Assembly: GCF_018350175.1 (NCBI RefSeq) | Contig: NC_058368.1 | Span: 238,082,001-238,146,000 of the forward strand | Direction of reading: 5' to 3' | DNA length: 64,000 nt | DNA from: Felis catus | Taxonomy: Eukaryota | Part shown: piece by piece, positions 46,963-62,347 of the stretch | Position numbering within the stretch: the first letter of the stretch is position 1 | How the letters are laid out: each line of letters starts with the position of its first letter | Notes under the pieces: generated by a model | What the model saw: only the letters and a program-made list of their open reading frames with translations | Databases searched by the model: none | What the model was told of the DNA's origin: nothing | Translations under genes and position numbers: made by a program

Positions 46963-48509
46963 TCCCTGCAATGTGTTTAATTGGTTTGTCTTCCTTAACA
47001 CCAGCAGAGGTCTCTTCCACCCATGTCCCTGTCTCTACATGGCACATTCTGTAACCCAATAGTTACCCCAGCACTGGTGATGAGCCTGGGGCTCCCGCAC
47101 ATGAGAAGACACCTCTGAGGGCTGGTGGGATGTCCCCCTGGAGTCACTCTGGGACATCAAGCTGGTGCCTTCCAGAGGGACCGCGGCCACCAGAGTTTGG
47201 GCTTGGTTGACGATCCCTCCTGCCGCAGCGGAAAGCCACGGTCAGGGACAAGAAATAAAAGGTGTGGCTATGCAGAGGGCTCACTCTTCACGCACCTTGG
47301 TGGCACAGAGTCTGCGTGGCACATACCTCGTTCCGGAACCTCGTCTGCTTCCCGGGGGTCCCTCGCAGCTGCTGTTGGCTCTAATCTGCAACATGCAACC
47401 AGGGCTCCTCTTCCTCGTTTCAGCGACGATCACCTTAAACGACTGTACGGTGAACTGCCACAAAACTTACATACTCAACGGAACAAGGCTTCACAGAGAA
47501 GTCCTCAGGCGGCGCCTTATTAAAATGAGGATTGACAGAACTTTGGCCGAGGATAAAGTCCGACTGTCCTGAACTGGAAACAAAATCCGTGCATATGATT
47601 CCATTTTCTCTAATGTACTTATCTGAACAAACGTTCTCTACGTTAGTGCTGAAATTCGAATGAAACACCTGTTTTAAAGGATCCGGTTCTCGGTATGTGC
47701 TGTTGCTCTTATGACACCACAGGGTCCTGAGGGAAATATTCACATTTTACTTCGCTTTTCTTCCCAACCTTGTTTAACATATGGTTGATGATAAATAAAC
47801 ATTTTTATGAATAAGCAAAATAATGAATGAATGAAGACATTGGTCTCTTTAAAACATCATATTTATTAATATTAGTAAGCTTAGACATTTTAAGATAAAT
47901 CGAAATAAATAAGTTCCTTTTCCTCATTTAAACAGTCAATAAAATGAAATATTTTTAAGTCTGCCGTAACTACTAACCCCACAAAGAAAGCACAGGCCAT
48001 GTGGCACTCGATAACAATTCAAAATGTGTGCTGCTGAATGTTTCGATACAGTGCTTTATCTCTTGGTATTATTTGTTCTTTTATCTCAGATTCAAGTTTT
48101 CTGATGGCACAAGTGAATGTTAAATCAGTGTTTGCTAAGTGAGTGGTGACACCTGCTCTATCATAAAAGAAAGAAATTGAAATAAACATTTAAAACCACC
48201 CGTAACCACAGGGAACTAATCTCATTTTTTCCTTTTCAGTCTTACCTGACGTATATAGTATTTTCAAGGGTGCTATTGCAGAATATATGCAACTCTGTAC
48301 TGTTTCTTTCTTCTGAATGTAATTATTACATTTTGCTGCATGTCCCTAATAATCTTTAAAATGTCTACACATGCTCACAGAGTACAGTTCTGTAGTGTTT
48401 GAACCATGTGTCATTATTGGGTATTTAGGTTGTTTCTAGTCATTCACTCTTCAAAATAACATTCCAGCTAATATTTCTGTACATGTGGGGATTGTTATAT
48501 CAGTCTTTT

Positions 48510-51500
48510 ACAAAATTCATGTGATGTTAAATTCACCATGTTAACCATTTTAAAGCGTATAATTCTGTGGCTTTTAGTATATTCATGACACACTGCAACC
48601 ATCACACCATCCAATTCCAGGGCATTTATTACCCCAAAGAGGAACCCCATGTCCATTAAGCAGTCGCCCTCATTTCCCTGTCCCCCAGACCCCCCCCAAC
48701 CACTTAAGTGCTATTTTGCCTCTAAGGGGTCACCTTTTTAGGATGTTTCTATAAGTGGAGCCACACATTTATGTGCCTTTTCTGTCAGATACTTTCTCTT
48801 AGCATAATGTTTTCAAGGTTCATCCAAGTTGTAGCAAGTGTCAGTTCTTTATTCTTTTTATGGCTCAATAATATTCCATCGTGTGTATATATCATATGTC
48901 ACATTTTGTTTATCCATTCATCTTATGATGGGTATTTGAGTTGTTTCCACCTTTTGCCTGTTGTGAATAATGCTTACACACACACACACACACACACACA
49001 TACACACACCGAGTGCAATCGTTGGATCATACATCTATCCTATGTTTAACTTGATATGACAGTAATGCCATAAGGATTGAAACATATCATTATCAATTTG
49101 CCCAAATCCATAGCCTATACACGGCACCATGTGTTGATGGAACCGTCATATTGTCTTTGCTCCTTTGTCGATGATCAGTTGACTATATTTATGGGAGTCT
49201 GTTTGTGGGTCTCCCTCTGTTCTGTTGATATATTTGTCCTTTTTGTCACCAGTAACACACTGTCTTGATTACTGTAGCTTTACAGCAAGTCTTGAAGTCC
49301 AGTCCCTTCTCCTACTTTGTTCTTCTCTTTCAATATTGTGTTGGCTATTCTGGGTTTTTGCCTCTGCATATAAACTTTAGAATTGGGTCATCAATATGCA
49401 CAAAATAATTTTCTGGCATTTTAATTTGTGTTACATTGAATCTGTAAATCAAGTTGAGCAAAACTGAGGACAATACTGACTTTCCCTATCCATGAACGTG
49501 GGATATCCCTCCATTTACTCAGTTCTTCGACTCCCTTCATAGGAGTTTTGTAGTTTTTCTTGCATATGTCTGGTACATATTTGTTAGGTTTATATCCAAG
49601 CATTTCATTTTGGGGAATGCTGATGTTATCCATATTACATCATATCCCTTGTTCATTGCAAGTGTATATGAAAGCAGTTGACTTCTGTAGATTAACCTCA
49701 TGTCTGTAGCCTTGCTGTGATCCTTCATTAATTCCAGAAGTTTTGTGTTGTTGATTCTCTCCAGATTTTCTACACAAATGATCGTGTCATCTGCAAACAA
49801 AGATAGTTTTATTTTTTCCTTCCCAATCTGTATATCTTTTATATACCTTTGTTCTTCTTTTTCAAGATTATTTTCATTATTCAGTGTTCCTTGCAATTAG
49901 ATGTGCATTTTAGGATCAGGATTTTTACTTATGAAAAAAAAAAAAGGCCACTGTCATTTTGATAGGGATTGACTTGATTGTATTTGAGAATGTTGTCATC
50001 CATTTATTTAGTTCTTTTAAAAAATGTCAACAATGTTTTGTGATTTTTGGTATACAAGTCTTAGCTAAATGTTTTCCTAAGTATCTCATTCCTTATTGAT
50101 GCCATTGCAAATAGAACTCAGTTTATAATTTCATTTCTGGATTGTCTACTGTTTACCAATAGAAATGCAACTGATTTGTGTAAGTTGATCTCATATCCTG
50201 CAACTTGGCTGACTCGTTTATTAGTTCCAATGGCTTTTCTGTGGACTTTCAGAGTTTCTACAAGACTATGTGCCCTATAACTAGATATAGTTTGCTTCTT
50301 CCTTCCAGTGTGGGTGCCTGTGTCTTTTTCTTGCCCAGAACTTCCAGAACTTCCAGTACAATGTCACAGAGAAGCAGTGGGAACAGACACCCTTGTCTTG
50401 TTTTTGACCTTCGAATTAAGATTTCAGGCTTCACCACTGAGTATGAGGTTAGCTGTGGGTTTTCAAAGATACTCTATCTAGTTGAGAAAGCTTCCCTCTA
50501 GTTCCAGTTTATCAGGTGTTTTTTTTTTTTTTCATGAAGAGGTTGGATTTTGTCAAATGCTTTTTCTGCATCAATTGAAATTGTTTTCCCCTTCATTTTA
50601 TTAATATGATGCATTACATGGTTTGATTTTTGTATATTGAAACACCTTTGTACTCATGGGATAAATCCCATTTAGTCATGGTGTTTAATCCTCTTAATAT
50701 GCTGCTGGATTTGAGTTGCTGGTATTTTGTTGAGGATTTTTTTGCATCTATATTCGTACAGAATACAAACCTGTAGTTTTCTTTTCATCTGATGTCTTTG
50801 TCTGACTTTGGTATCACAGTAATAGTCCGTGTATAGAAGGAGCTAGGTACTGTTCTCTTAGGTCATACTTTGAAAATATTTGAAATTGAACAGTGTTAAT
50901 TTCTTCTTTAAATGTTTGATGGAATTCAACAGCGATGCCTTCTGGTCTAGAGATTTTATTCACTGGGAGGTTTTCTGTTATCGATTCAATCTCTTCATTT
51001 GTTGTGAATATATTAAGGTTTACTCTTTCTGGGTGCCTGGGCGTCTCAGTTGGTTAAACTTCCGACTTAGGCTCAGGTCATGATCTCACGGCTCGCATTT
51101 GAGCCCCATGTCGGGCTCTGTGCTGACAGCTCAGATCCTGGAGCCTGCTTCAGAATCTGTCTCCCTCTCTCTCGGCCCCTCCCCTGCTCACGCTCTGTCT
51201 CTCTCTGTCTCTCAAAAATAAATAAACATTAAAAAAAATTTTTTAATGTTTACTCTTTCTTCCTAAGTCACTTTTGGTATTCTGTGTGTTTCTGGAAATC
51301 TGTCCATTTTATTTAGGTTATCTACTTTGTCAGCATAACATTGCTCGTAGTATCGTCTTGTAATTATTCTTGTAAAGTCAGTAATTTCCTTATTTCCATG
51401 CCTGATTTTAGTAAGTGTAGTTGTCCCTATTTTTTTTCTGGGTTAGTCTAACCAAAAGTTTGCCAATGTGTTTATCTTTTTAAAGGAAAACTCTTGCTTT

Positions 51501-51965
51501 CATTGATTCTCTCTGCTGCTTTCTACTCAGCGGCACATTTATCTCTGAGTCAATCTTTATTATTTCCTCCTTTCACTTGCTTCAGGTTTGATTTGTTCTT
51601 TTTCTAATTCCTTTAGGTGGAAGGTGAGGCTGTTTATCTGGGATCTTCTCTCCCCAGGGGATTCATGGCCGGGAGGTTCCTCCTGCACACTGCTCCCCCC
51701 ACATCCCAAAGTCTTGCCACATTATCTTCACTTTTTTCATCGCAAAATACTTTCTAAATTCCCTCGGGACTTCTTTATTGACTCATTGGTTGTTTAAGAA
51801 TGCTTAAGAATTGGCTGCTTGATTTCCACGTATTTCTGAGTCTTCCAGAGTTCCTTCAGTTATTGATTTTTCATTTTATTTCATTGTAGTTGGAGAAGAT
51901 ACTTTGTAGCATTTCAGTCTTTTTAAATGGATTAAGACTTGTTTTATGGTTTCGCATGTGGTCCT
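48510..51965 (-). mobile_element. Cluster of antisense L1 fragments (3' UTR and ORF2) with a Can-SINE at 51030-51243
   Basis: ttaaccattttaaagcgtataattc tail, gtcatctgcaaacaaagatagttt RT motif, ggataaatcccatttagtcatggtg. Confidence 0.85.
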
Positions 51966-54900
51966 GCTACGCCCCTCGTAGTGATGAAATTGTCAATCCA
52001 CCAGAACAGTGTAGCTTTCCAAATCATTACGCATGTAGACCACAGCTACAAATAAATAAAGGAACAGTTGAAAAAATTAAAAGGCATAAGTACTCAAACG
52101 CACAATTTTCACACAACACTCTCAGTGAGACCAGGAAAAGCACACACTGAAGTATCTGAATACAGAAAGTCAGAACAATGTGAGAAACCACCTGATCTAA
52201 CTGGCACGGGAGAGGGATCCACCTGACAGCTGTAGAACGTGTATTTCTTATAAGCACACGCGCTGGGTGCGCCACGACTCTTCACGGTCCGGGTCTTAAG
52301 TTAGGCCATAACAAACCTCAAAGGACCGAAATCCTCTGAAGAATGTTGCCTTGTCACAACATGGGGGGCTCAGAAAATGACAACGACGAGCCGACTAGAA
52401 CTTTCGCGTATGTTTGGAAATTAAGAAGTGGAGTCCTCAGTAGCCATGGGTCGGAAGAGAAATCAGGACAGAAATGCATCAATCATTCGCGGTATTTTGA
52501 ACGGAGAGTCACAAACATCCTACACATTCAAATGCACAGATAACGCTTAATTTATGCACAAGGAGATATTTAAAGCCTTGAACTCACAGATTAGGGAAGA
52601 AGGAGAAGTGCAAGATGGTGTGCCTCTCGCTTCATTCAAACAATGCTTTTGCACTTCAGTAAAGTCTCCAGCTGTCTTTGTCCAGACCCTACACGTTTCT
52701 TGTTCGGATTTTCTCTGAGGCGTCTCCTGGTTCCAGCAGCCAGGACGGCGATCAGCGTGCGGGTGAGGGGGTGCTGGCCCGGGCACAAAACTTTCAGGGC
52801 CATCAGTAAGAGTCAGTAATCTAGCAGACAATACTGAGGTGCAATCATTTAGGCAATAAGCACAAATGCAAAGAATCGATGATGAAGGAAACACCAACGC
52901 TTGAGAGACCTGATCAATATCACTGGCCTTTCAGCCTCACCGCGGCACCGCACAGCCCTGCTGGGCTTTTATGAATTGAATTTTTGTTCTATCTGTTTGG
53001 CTTATCCGGTCAGGCTGTATTTTCAGGGAATGTGTTGGGAAGAATGCGCTTTTGAGATTATGAGAACGAGAATGGGAATTAGGGTTTTGCCTGTTGGCAA
53101 GGCTGAGGAAGCTTATCTTATGCTCTGAGGGAACTCTGGCTCGGGCCTGACATCACAAAGCCCCTGCGAGCACAGACAGCTGGATGGAGAGCCCTTGGTC
53201 TGGAGCCCGCTGCCCAGCACCGCCGGTCCCGCCCCAGTACCAGCAGACCAGGCCTCACTCCGGCCGTAGCGCAGGATGTCAGGCCGGTGGGACCTCACCC
53301 GACAGGTGGGACCCAGAGCCTGCAGGCTGACTGCAAGGGACCTTGAGGAATGCGGGGTTTGGCATTCTCGCTCAGCGATAACGACGTTAGCGTGGACTCC
53401 TAGCCTCTGGACAGAAACAGCTTCTCGGGAGCGTCCCCAGCCCAGCCAGAGGACAGCGTCTCCCATAACTGAGCAAAGTGGCAGCTGAGACTTGCCCAAA
53501 AGAAGCCATGCCCCACCTGGTTAGTCAGAGACAAAACAGTGTCCCAGTGGACACGGATGCTGGTGACTTTAGGGGCCCCAGCTTCTCTGTGGGGGCGTCC
53601 TCCCTGTGACCTAGGCAGGTGGCCTCTGTCCCTCCATGCCGCTGCCTCTAGTGGAAGCAAATCGGTGCTACAGGCAGGCTCTCCGTGACCACGGGACTCT
53701 TGTCACTACCGCACTTCTGTCCCCCACAGGGACTGGCTCCAGACGCCCTGGGAGAATCAGCATTCCTGCTTCCGGAAGCTCATGGAGCCTACTGTCTCTT
53801 CCACTGCCTCTCTGCACGCTTATGTGACTCCTAGGGGCAGGCTCCGGCCGCGGGGGACATTTGCTCAAAGCAAAGCTCTGAGCATCGCAGAGTTAACACC
53901 CATCGTCCCCCGTCTGTCATTCAGTGAAAACACCGTGACCCCCCCCCACCCCCAACAGGCAGCCTGAGACGTCATCAAATCAAAGTCCCAAGCTAGGGGT
54001 GGGGGAGACTCTCCCTTGATCTTAGTCTCCTGGCGAACCGTGGTCTAACCGTCAATGCAACAGCCACAGGGAAGGGGGTCCTGTGCTCGGTTGAGGTAAA
54101 CAGCCTAAGCGCCTTCGCTTCTGCGCGTGGCCTGCAGAAAGCCGACGTCAGCACGTGGATGCACCATTCGTCTGAAGACCGTCCTGAGCCATGAGCGCCG
54201 AAGAGAAATCGGTTATCCCGGAAAGGCATTCACTTGAGCAAGACGGCTCGAGAAGGTGACGCGGACCCGCAGCCCCAGGCCCACACGCTGGCCGGACGGC
54301 GCCCGTTCACGCTCTGCTCGAAGCTCCGTCCTGCTCTGCGCACCGTCTGGGCACCTGCCATGCAGCCTGGGTACACGGGGCCCCACACCCCCTCCCTGGG
54401 GGCTCGGCGCTCTTGACGGTGAGGCTGCAGCGCCTCACGGAGGAACGTGGCCACCGTGGTGCCTCAGGGCTTCCAGAACCCTCCGCCCACCTGACCCACA
54501 GTCTCTTTCTCTCCTTCCTTCAGAGGCTGCTGCTGGGATGCAGGTGGACGCAGAGTAAGACGTGGCACCTGCCATCAGCCAAGCGGGGGCACGGACAAGG
54601 GGCGGGCGGCCTCTTCCCGGAGGTCGGGGAGGCAGAGCTGGAGGAAGGGATAGGTGGTCGCAGACTGAGCTTCGGGACACATCCACGTGGCGGGGGCTCC
54701 GGCAAAGCTACGGTCCCGGCGTGTCTGCGAAAGCGCTGCCCTCAGAGCCCGTGAGAAGATGCGAGGCTTACGTCCCGGGCGAGGGGACCTGGCGTCACAA
54801 GACCCTGGCAGCCAGCCGAGCCGAGGCGGCACCCCCACTTTGCAGATGAGAAGCTGGAAATCACAAAACAAGGGAGCCCCGCCCCCGGGAACCCGCCAGC

Positions 54901-57900
54901 CCCCAGCCCCACCTTCACGCGGGGGCGCTCCCCCGTCGAGTCTGTGTGCACACACGGTCGCCACAGTGACAAGACAGTGCCAGGAGCTGCACGGTGTGGG
55001 ACCTAGACCACAGTCACAGCTCCTCAGTGCAGGAAGATACCCAGGAAGATACCCAGGAAGACACGAAACCGGTCCCACCTGCAAATAGACGCCGCGTTTC
55101 TCGGGTTGGTCACAGGGACAGCGGTGGATGTCACCTGGGGAGCCCAGCAGGCTCTACGAATAACCCAGGACTCTACCCACTTTCCTGGCTGTGTTTCGGC
55201 TGCATGGCTTGTTTTAGGACGTTTCCGAGTCCTTTCAGACACTGAATTTTCACCCCTCTGTGTTAGCAAAGGGAGGAGGCATTGACCGATTGGCAAATGG
55301 GTATCCTTTCTTTCCTCTCTTTCGGGTTCCTAAAGGTGTGCAACAGAAGCCGAAGTTTACTGCAAGAATACATACTTCCAGACCCCACGCTGTCGGCAGC
55401 CCGATCCGCAGACACTGCGGCCACGTCCAGGGCGGGAGGGAAAAGAGGCCCTCGGATTAGCTCACATCCGAAACGGCTGGGAAAGGAGAAGTTATCACGG
55501 CAAGTATGTTGTTTATACGAGGACTCTTCCTGAAGCCTTAATCCTCTGCGTTTCCCTGTATTCCTGATACCCTGACAACCCTCCCCCGCGTGTTCATTCA
55601 GTCCTCACCGTGAAGCTTTGTAAGAAGACGCTCTCCTCCCGTGCTCGCACTTGATGCGCTCTGGGAAGGGCACACTAACGGCCTGACACACGCAAATCTG
55701 TCGTACTTTGACAACACAAGATTTCACTTCTCTCAAATCACAGGGCAGAGACGCTGGGGGGGCAGGTGGGGTGCTGCCCTCGGGCACCCGGCGTCACGTG
55801 GCCTGGCCAGCTGCAGCACGTGGCCTGAGTTGGCCAAGCAGGGGAGAGGATGGGTTCTTCCGTGGGCTGCAGGTGGCATCTCTCGGACAGGGGGGTGCAC
55901 GGGGACCAGGAGCTGGCGGCCGGCCGTGCGCCCTGGAGAAAGAGACACACCGTGGGCATCTGTGTCCTCCGGCACCACGTCCCGTGCTAACGCTCAAAGG
56001 GGCGGGGCCGTGCCTCCCTCTGTGGAACCCAGTCCACGCTGGACCAGCCCGAGTGTCCATCCACGTGGCGAAAACTGAGGAACGCCCAGCCCGGTCACCC
56101 CAGCCTCCCCTCCTGTCCAATGAGAAGCTGGGGGAGCCAGAGCCCGAAGGGGGGGGGCACACACAGTGATCTCTCCCATGGCCACTTCGAGGGTTTTCTG
56201 GTCACAAGGCCCACGGTGCCGCCCCTGCCCTTTACCATGCGCGTTACGGTTCTCCCCGGGAGACTCCCTAGGAATTAGGTCTACAAAGCAGATCTCCGAG
56301 GGCGCGTTCTGAACGTGTGCACCTACAGCCGTGGCTTCCTGCTGCCCTGGGGGCGGGAGCTTCCAGAAGAGCACCAAGGAGGCAAGGAAAGCTCACGGGT
56401 GCCCCGGGTCCCATGCTGGAGACAATGGTTGAGTTCTGCTCCTCTGACCAAATCAGCACCGACTGTAAGCTGTCGGAAAGCAGGCTCCGCGTCCCACGCA
56501 CGCGCGTCCCGGGCAGGGCTCCCTGAGCAGGTTAACATTTAATGGGGGAGGATGGCATCTACTCCCAGGGCGATTCTCCACGAGTACATTAAGCCGCTCT
56601 GCTCCACTGCTGCTTCCTGGACATGTCAGGTCTCATCCATCCAGTCCAACATTCTTCCGTGTTTCCGGGGCCGTGAAATTGTTCAACAGCCAGCCTTTCA
56701 TTGTTCCCTCTCGCACAACTCGTTCCATTATTACACCCGATGATGCAACAGCCAGACCCTGAGAGGGTTAAATTCTTGACACAGCCGAGGGCATTTGATG
56801 TGGGGCTCTGGGTTCTTTTCCATTTTATCATTTACGGCCACGAAAACATACAGACGTAATTCTAAGAAGGAAGACGCAATAAAACAAGCTACAAGGAGGG
56901 AACTAACTGCATTTTTTGACCTTCATGTGGCTCTCACACAATTTTAGATTAAATTTTCCTTAAAAATTCTGAAGGACTTAAAAGTTCATGAAGAGGGTGT
57001 TTCCGGAGGACAGCCAACCCCAAAACTTGAAGAAAGGGAATCTCAAGACGGCGTGAAGCAACTCGGAGACGACAGGACTGCTGGCTGCCAGCCAACCCGG
57101 GCAGAGCACAGGAGAACTCACGTTCTCCTCTGGGGAGATTCGTTTGTCCCTGGGGAAGCTTCCTGAGATGCCTTGTGGTATCCGATAGGACGGAACAAGG
57201 TTTTCTCCGCTGTCTTTCCAGAATTCCCTGGAGATATTGTGAAGTTAATTACAAACCTAATTTTGAAAATTACACGATCTGGGTGTTGCGCGCCCCCTTA
57301 GCCGGATGCTGACGTGGGCTGCGTTCCTGGGCTGCCACGGACAGGTGTTCAAGTCACAACTGAATCGCCTCTCCCTCCCCTCCTTGTTGTAAAATCACAC
57401 GGCTCCTGCCAAGCCACTTTTAAATATACCCTTTCTCTCAGCTCATCCCAAATGAAGCACGCTTAATGAATTGGTTTACAGGGAGAGCGGGTGAGTCACC
57501 AGCACCTGGGCACAGAGGATGCTACATCAGATAATCACCCCTGGGTGCTTTCAGGTGCCAGGGCAAACGGCGAGGGACGAGTCCCCACTCAGAAGTAACA
57601 CAGAAGCAGAGCGTCGTCATCACCCACGCACAACGGGCAGTGCCTAACCTCGGGGAGCCTGACTCGACATCGGATGGCGTGCATCCACGAGGGGGCCATT
57701 TTTCTCAGCCAGGGAGGCGAAACCAAGATGGTCCGCTTACGCCTATACGCACAAAACCAGTCCAAGGCTCTTCCGAACGATGAGCACCTGGCCTTGTTTG
57801 AAGCCAGCAGCCTGTCTGGACTGAGCCACTGGCTAGCTCCTTCATAAGCGGCTTGCATGAAACGCGGAAGCGGCACGATTATTTAGCGCAAACACAGAGC

Positions 57901-57977
57901 CACCGACCCACGGGACGAAACATGATTTTGAGAAGGAAAAGATTCAAGACAGCTCTCCGGTATCAGACACAGACCGT

Positions 57978-58313
57978 ACGGTCGACCCTGAACAGCACGG
58001 CTGTTTGACCTGCCCGGGGCCCACTCACACGCGGCTTGTTTTCCATAAACGCGGGACAGGTCTCTACATGTGTTTTCTCTTCCTTATGATTTTCTGAGTA
58101 ACATTTTTTTCTCTACCTTACCTTGCCGTCAGAACACAATGCAGAATGTATAGCACACAAAATACGTTAATTGACTGTTTCTGTTATCTGTAAGGCTCCT
58201 GGTCAACCGTAAGCCATTAGTATTAAGTTTGGGAGGATTCGGAAGTTATGCGTGAACTTTTGACTGCACGGGGCTCAGTGCCCCTGACGCCTGCTTTGTT
58301 CAGGGGTCCGATA
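57978..58313 (+). mobile_element. Tigger2-derived MITE
   Basis: Degenerate TIRs cggtcgaccctgaacagc ... tgttcaggggtccgat with a Tigger2a-like interior. Confidence 0.8.
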
Positions 58314-59820
58314 TAATTGTATTCTCCATATCCTGTAACTTGAATGCGGCAAGAGGGGGTGATTTTGCTGTAATTGTTTTAAGGGTACTAAACTCAGCAC
58401 CCTACCTGAAGTTCCTAACCTGTGCAGGAATATGGCTACCATAAGGGCAAGAGAAATGGAGGGGAGGGACGAGAAAACAGTACAACAAAGATACCTGCTT
58501 TCTGGGGCGGTTTATCTTCTCCGACAAGAACTGTTTCCTCTCTCTCTGCTCAGAGAGCTTAGAGGAAAATGACGTCCAACCTCCTGGCGGGCACTCCTGG
58601 TCCGTGTCTGTCCGTCAGCCCTCCTTCCCAGATGACCCTCCGGCATCCTGACACTTCCCCTTGGGGCCAGTGCTGTGCTCGGCCATCTTGAATCTCTTAA
58701 CAAACTTTGAACAAGGGGTCCCAAGCTTTCATGTTTTACTGGGGGCCACGGATTCCAGAGCGGGTCTCGCGTCGGGCCGGCTGTGTCTCCGCCGGATCCG
58801 GGAAACAGCCACGTGTTTGTCCATCCACAGCGTCACCACAGAGGGCCTGCTCCGTGCTGGCGCAACTCCAAGATGGCACCCTGCCCATGTACCCACGCGC
58901 CCGGTCCAGTGCAATTGGCAGAGAGGCCCAGTGCCATGACCCCAAGGACCCCCCTTGCCCTCTGGAGGATCCGGAATTACCTGATGGTCAGCCGGTATGA
59001 TTAAAATCATACTCACGCATAGCTTTTCGAGGTGAATATGAGGACTTCATGAGCAACAAAATAGAGAACTCTTCCAAACGTTGTTCCGCCGAGTTTGTTA
59101 ACTTGTGGGTAGCGTGGACAGCACAGTCGCGTTACGTCGTGGCTTCAGATTTCCTCTGATGGCCAAATCTCATGATTCACCTACGTACTTCATCAAATGG
59201 ACAATTGCCAGACTGCCTTTGTTTTGATTTTTATCGGAAACAAATCACAATTTTCTTTATTCAAGGAACCAGGGTCATCTGGCTCGTGGAACAGAAACAC
59301 AAAGGCTAAAACGAGCTTGACCTTTGATTTGCCCGAAGGACTTTACATCGAGGGTGGTGACCAAGTGTTCTCCCTCTGCTTTTTGGCAAGATCAGGAGGA
59401 AACTGTCTCAACTCCAAATATGAGGGGGAGTTTCCTGCCAATGGAGGCTGTTGAGCATTACAAAGACGCACCCGCGGGACGGTGTGGAATTTCCCCCTCG
59501 AAGATCTGCCACGGTCCAGACGGACTCGATGGTTCCCAAGCCATTTATGCCAGATGTGCTTCGTGTGGGGTTAGAATCACCGGGCTCATAGATGAGGGCT
59601 CACGGCACCACATCCAGCGGCCAGACACCGGTGAGAGGACCCTCACGGGGGAGGAAACACTGTTCTAGAACCTTCACTCACACCCAGGGAGCCACGGGCC
59701 CAGCGCCGCCGCGGCCATTAGGGTCTCATCCGGTTGGGTTTTCAGCCGTTCACTCAGCATCCTCTGGCCCGTGGGACAGCAGCCCATCGAGTCCCTTCAC
59801 TGCTCTCGTCTCCTCCAGAC

Positions 59821-60370
59821 CAGCCCTGTCCGACGGAGTGCAAGCCACATGTGTGTTATTAAATTTTCCACAGTCACATCACAAAAAATAAAAGGAAACA
59901 GGTGAAAGTGACTTTAATAACGTATTTTATTTAACCCAGTATATCCAAGATACTATCATTTCAACACGGAATCAACGCGAACCTATTATTTTTTTTTTAA
60001 TTTTTTTTTCAACGTTTATTTATTTTTGGGACAGAGAGAGACAGAGCAGGAACGGGGGAGGGGCAGAGAGAGAGGGAGACACAGAATCGGAAACAGGCTC
60101 CAGGCTCCGAGCCATCAGCCCAGAGCCTGACGCGGGGCTCGAACTCACGGACCGCGAGATCGTGACCTGGCTGAAGTCGGACGCTCAACCGACTGCGCCA
60201 CCCAGGTGCCCCAACGCGAACCTATTATTACTGAGGCACGTTACATTCTGTTTGCGCACCGTCTCTGATAACCCAGAGCTCATCGGGAGCACACGTTTCA
60301 GTGCCGAGCAGAGACGCTTGACGTGCTCAACAGCCACACACGGCCGGTGGCTGCCACAGTGGACAGCTGA
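59821..60370 (-). mobile_element. MER33/MER3-type hAT-Charlie element split by a SINE
   Basis: ttttatttaacccagtatatccaagatactatcatttcaaca; gtggctgccacagtggacagc end. Confidence 0.75.
59987..60211 (-). mobile_element. Young feline SINE (SINEC_Fc-type)
   Basis: Near-consensus; TSD aacgcgaacctattatt. Confidence 0.95.
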
Positions 60371-62347
60371 CTGCAGACAAAGTTGAGGTGCTCTTGTGTG
60401 ACCTCACGTCAACTATAAGATTGGTATTTACATGATCTGAAAGAATATCCCAATTAATAGATGTGTTTCCTTCTGGTATTTTTCCCCTTTGACTTTATTG
60501 AATTTTTGAAGGTGAAAGGTGTGCACTGGAGCAGGTGGGGGGAGGGCTGACAGCTTCTCTGACTTGGAGACAGCCTGGTGCAGCGAGAAGAAAGTCACCT
60601 CAGTTCCTGGAAGCAGGGCCTGGGGCGAGGATCTTGCACAGAGACATCTAGGGGTGGGGGATGCTGCAGGGAAGGGACAGTGAGGAAAGCGGGGTGGGGC
60701 AGGGGTGAATCTGAGCAGAGAGGGGTCCGGCTGCAGACCAGAGCCGCCCCCATCCTGCTGGAGCCTCCGGCCCAGGAGGGTAGACACCCTAGAGCGTTCG
60801 ATTCAGTGTGTCCAGGTGGGACCTGAGAATCTGCATCTCCGGCTGGTGTCCAGCTGGCGTAGTGACACAGGTGCCCCAGGCTGGGTTTGCTTTGGGAACC
60901 GGCTTTCCTCCGGAGCATGAACAGTGCCCTGGAACAGAGCACTGGGGTCCAGAGGTCAGGGGTCAGGTCAGGGGTCAGGTGTGTGCACCTGTGCCCACCG
61001 GTCGTCGGCCGTGTGCGCGGCGGTGCGTGACCCCTGTTGGCTCAGAGGCATCCGTACTTTCTGCTGAAGGAGACGGCCGCACGGTGGGCAGGTCGCTTCC
61101 TGCCCTCGGGACCGGGCACGTTAGGAGGACACGACACCGAGCCAGCCTCTAACGCCCAGCGGCTCCTGTGGAGGCAGCCCAGGGGCTGGTCTGATGCAGC
61201 TCAGGCCGGTGGAGCCGACGGAATGCAGCTTCTTGGGCCGCGGGGCCCAGCGGACCCAGGCCTCTCCTCTGCTCCGGGGGTCCTCACGGCTGCTTGAGCT
61301 GCCTGCCCCCACGCAGGGAGACCAGAGCTGAGATAAAATGCCCTCCCGGCCAGTGGTTCAAAATTATCTGTTTCTAACAAGTGGAGACGGGCAAGTACAA
61401 GGAAGTGCACCCACCACCCAAACGAGCGTGGGACTCGGATGCCCACAGCCTCCCTGAACCCTCCGTGGTCTCAGCAGGGACTCTAGGGACACTGGGGTGC
61501 TGGGGAGAACGTTCAGGGCTCTGGTCCCCAAGCGGGGCGAAAGGAAACCGGGGCTTCCCGGGGGTTCGGCGTAGCTGAGTGGGGGAGGAACACAGAGACT
61601 GGTGCCCACGGCCACCCTGAGAGAGGCCGGGCTTCCCTACGGGGACCAGGCGGAGGGGTTCAGAGCAAGGATCTCAGAGACACCAGATGAGGAGGCCCAG
61701 GGAAGTCCCGGCTGACTGGGAGGAGATCTTCAGATCGAAACCCGCCCGGGTCAGCCAAGAGCCGCCTGGCCCGCCCTCCTGCTGCCAGTGCTACGCACAC
61801 ATTCTCATGTTCTGCCAGGGCGATTTTAAGAGAAAATTAATAATAGGGTTCCAAATTAGGTCACCTAAGACATAAGCGATAACGACCGGTAATCTTGTAA
61901 AATGAAGGTGTAGACAATGCCTCCTTTCTGACTCGCGGGAAACGTCTTTAAAGGAAACATCAGCGCACTTTATCTGGGCGGATTTCTCAGGCTGAACCGA
62001 AGCCTATTAAAGAGGGCAAGGACAACCAAAATACATGACGGGACAGAAAATGTTCGTTATTGCAATGACTTTAGGTGAAAATGAAGTAAACTAACCTGAC
62101 CCTTGCAAACAAGAGATGTCGTGGACAAGATGGGGCACAGAGAGGAGCGGTGGGGAATGTGAGGGTCCCAGGGGCTATGACCCCAGTGACGTGGCCCCAG
62201 GGGACGTGGCCCCAGGGGATGTGGTATCAGCCCAGGTGGCAGCAGGCAGTGTTGCCTTAACTGTCGAGTGACTCCCTGAGCCGGCTGTCACCTTACCTGG
62301 GATCAGACCAGGCCTGTGGCTCTCAAATGCCCATAGAGCTTTTGCTT

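Noticed and set aside
59197..59668. Plus-strand ORFs with an acceptor-like site near 59265
   Set aside because: No recognisable product, weak donor and no partner exons found.
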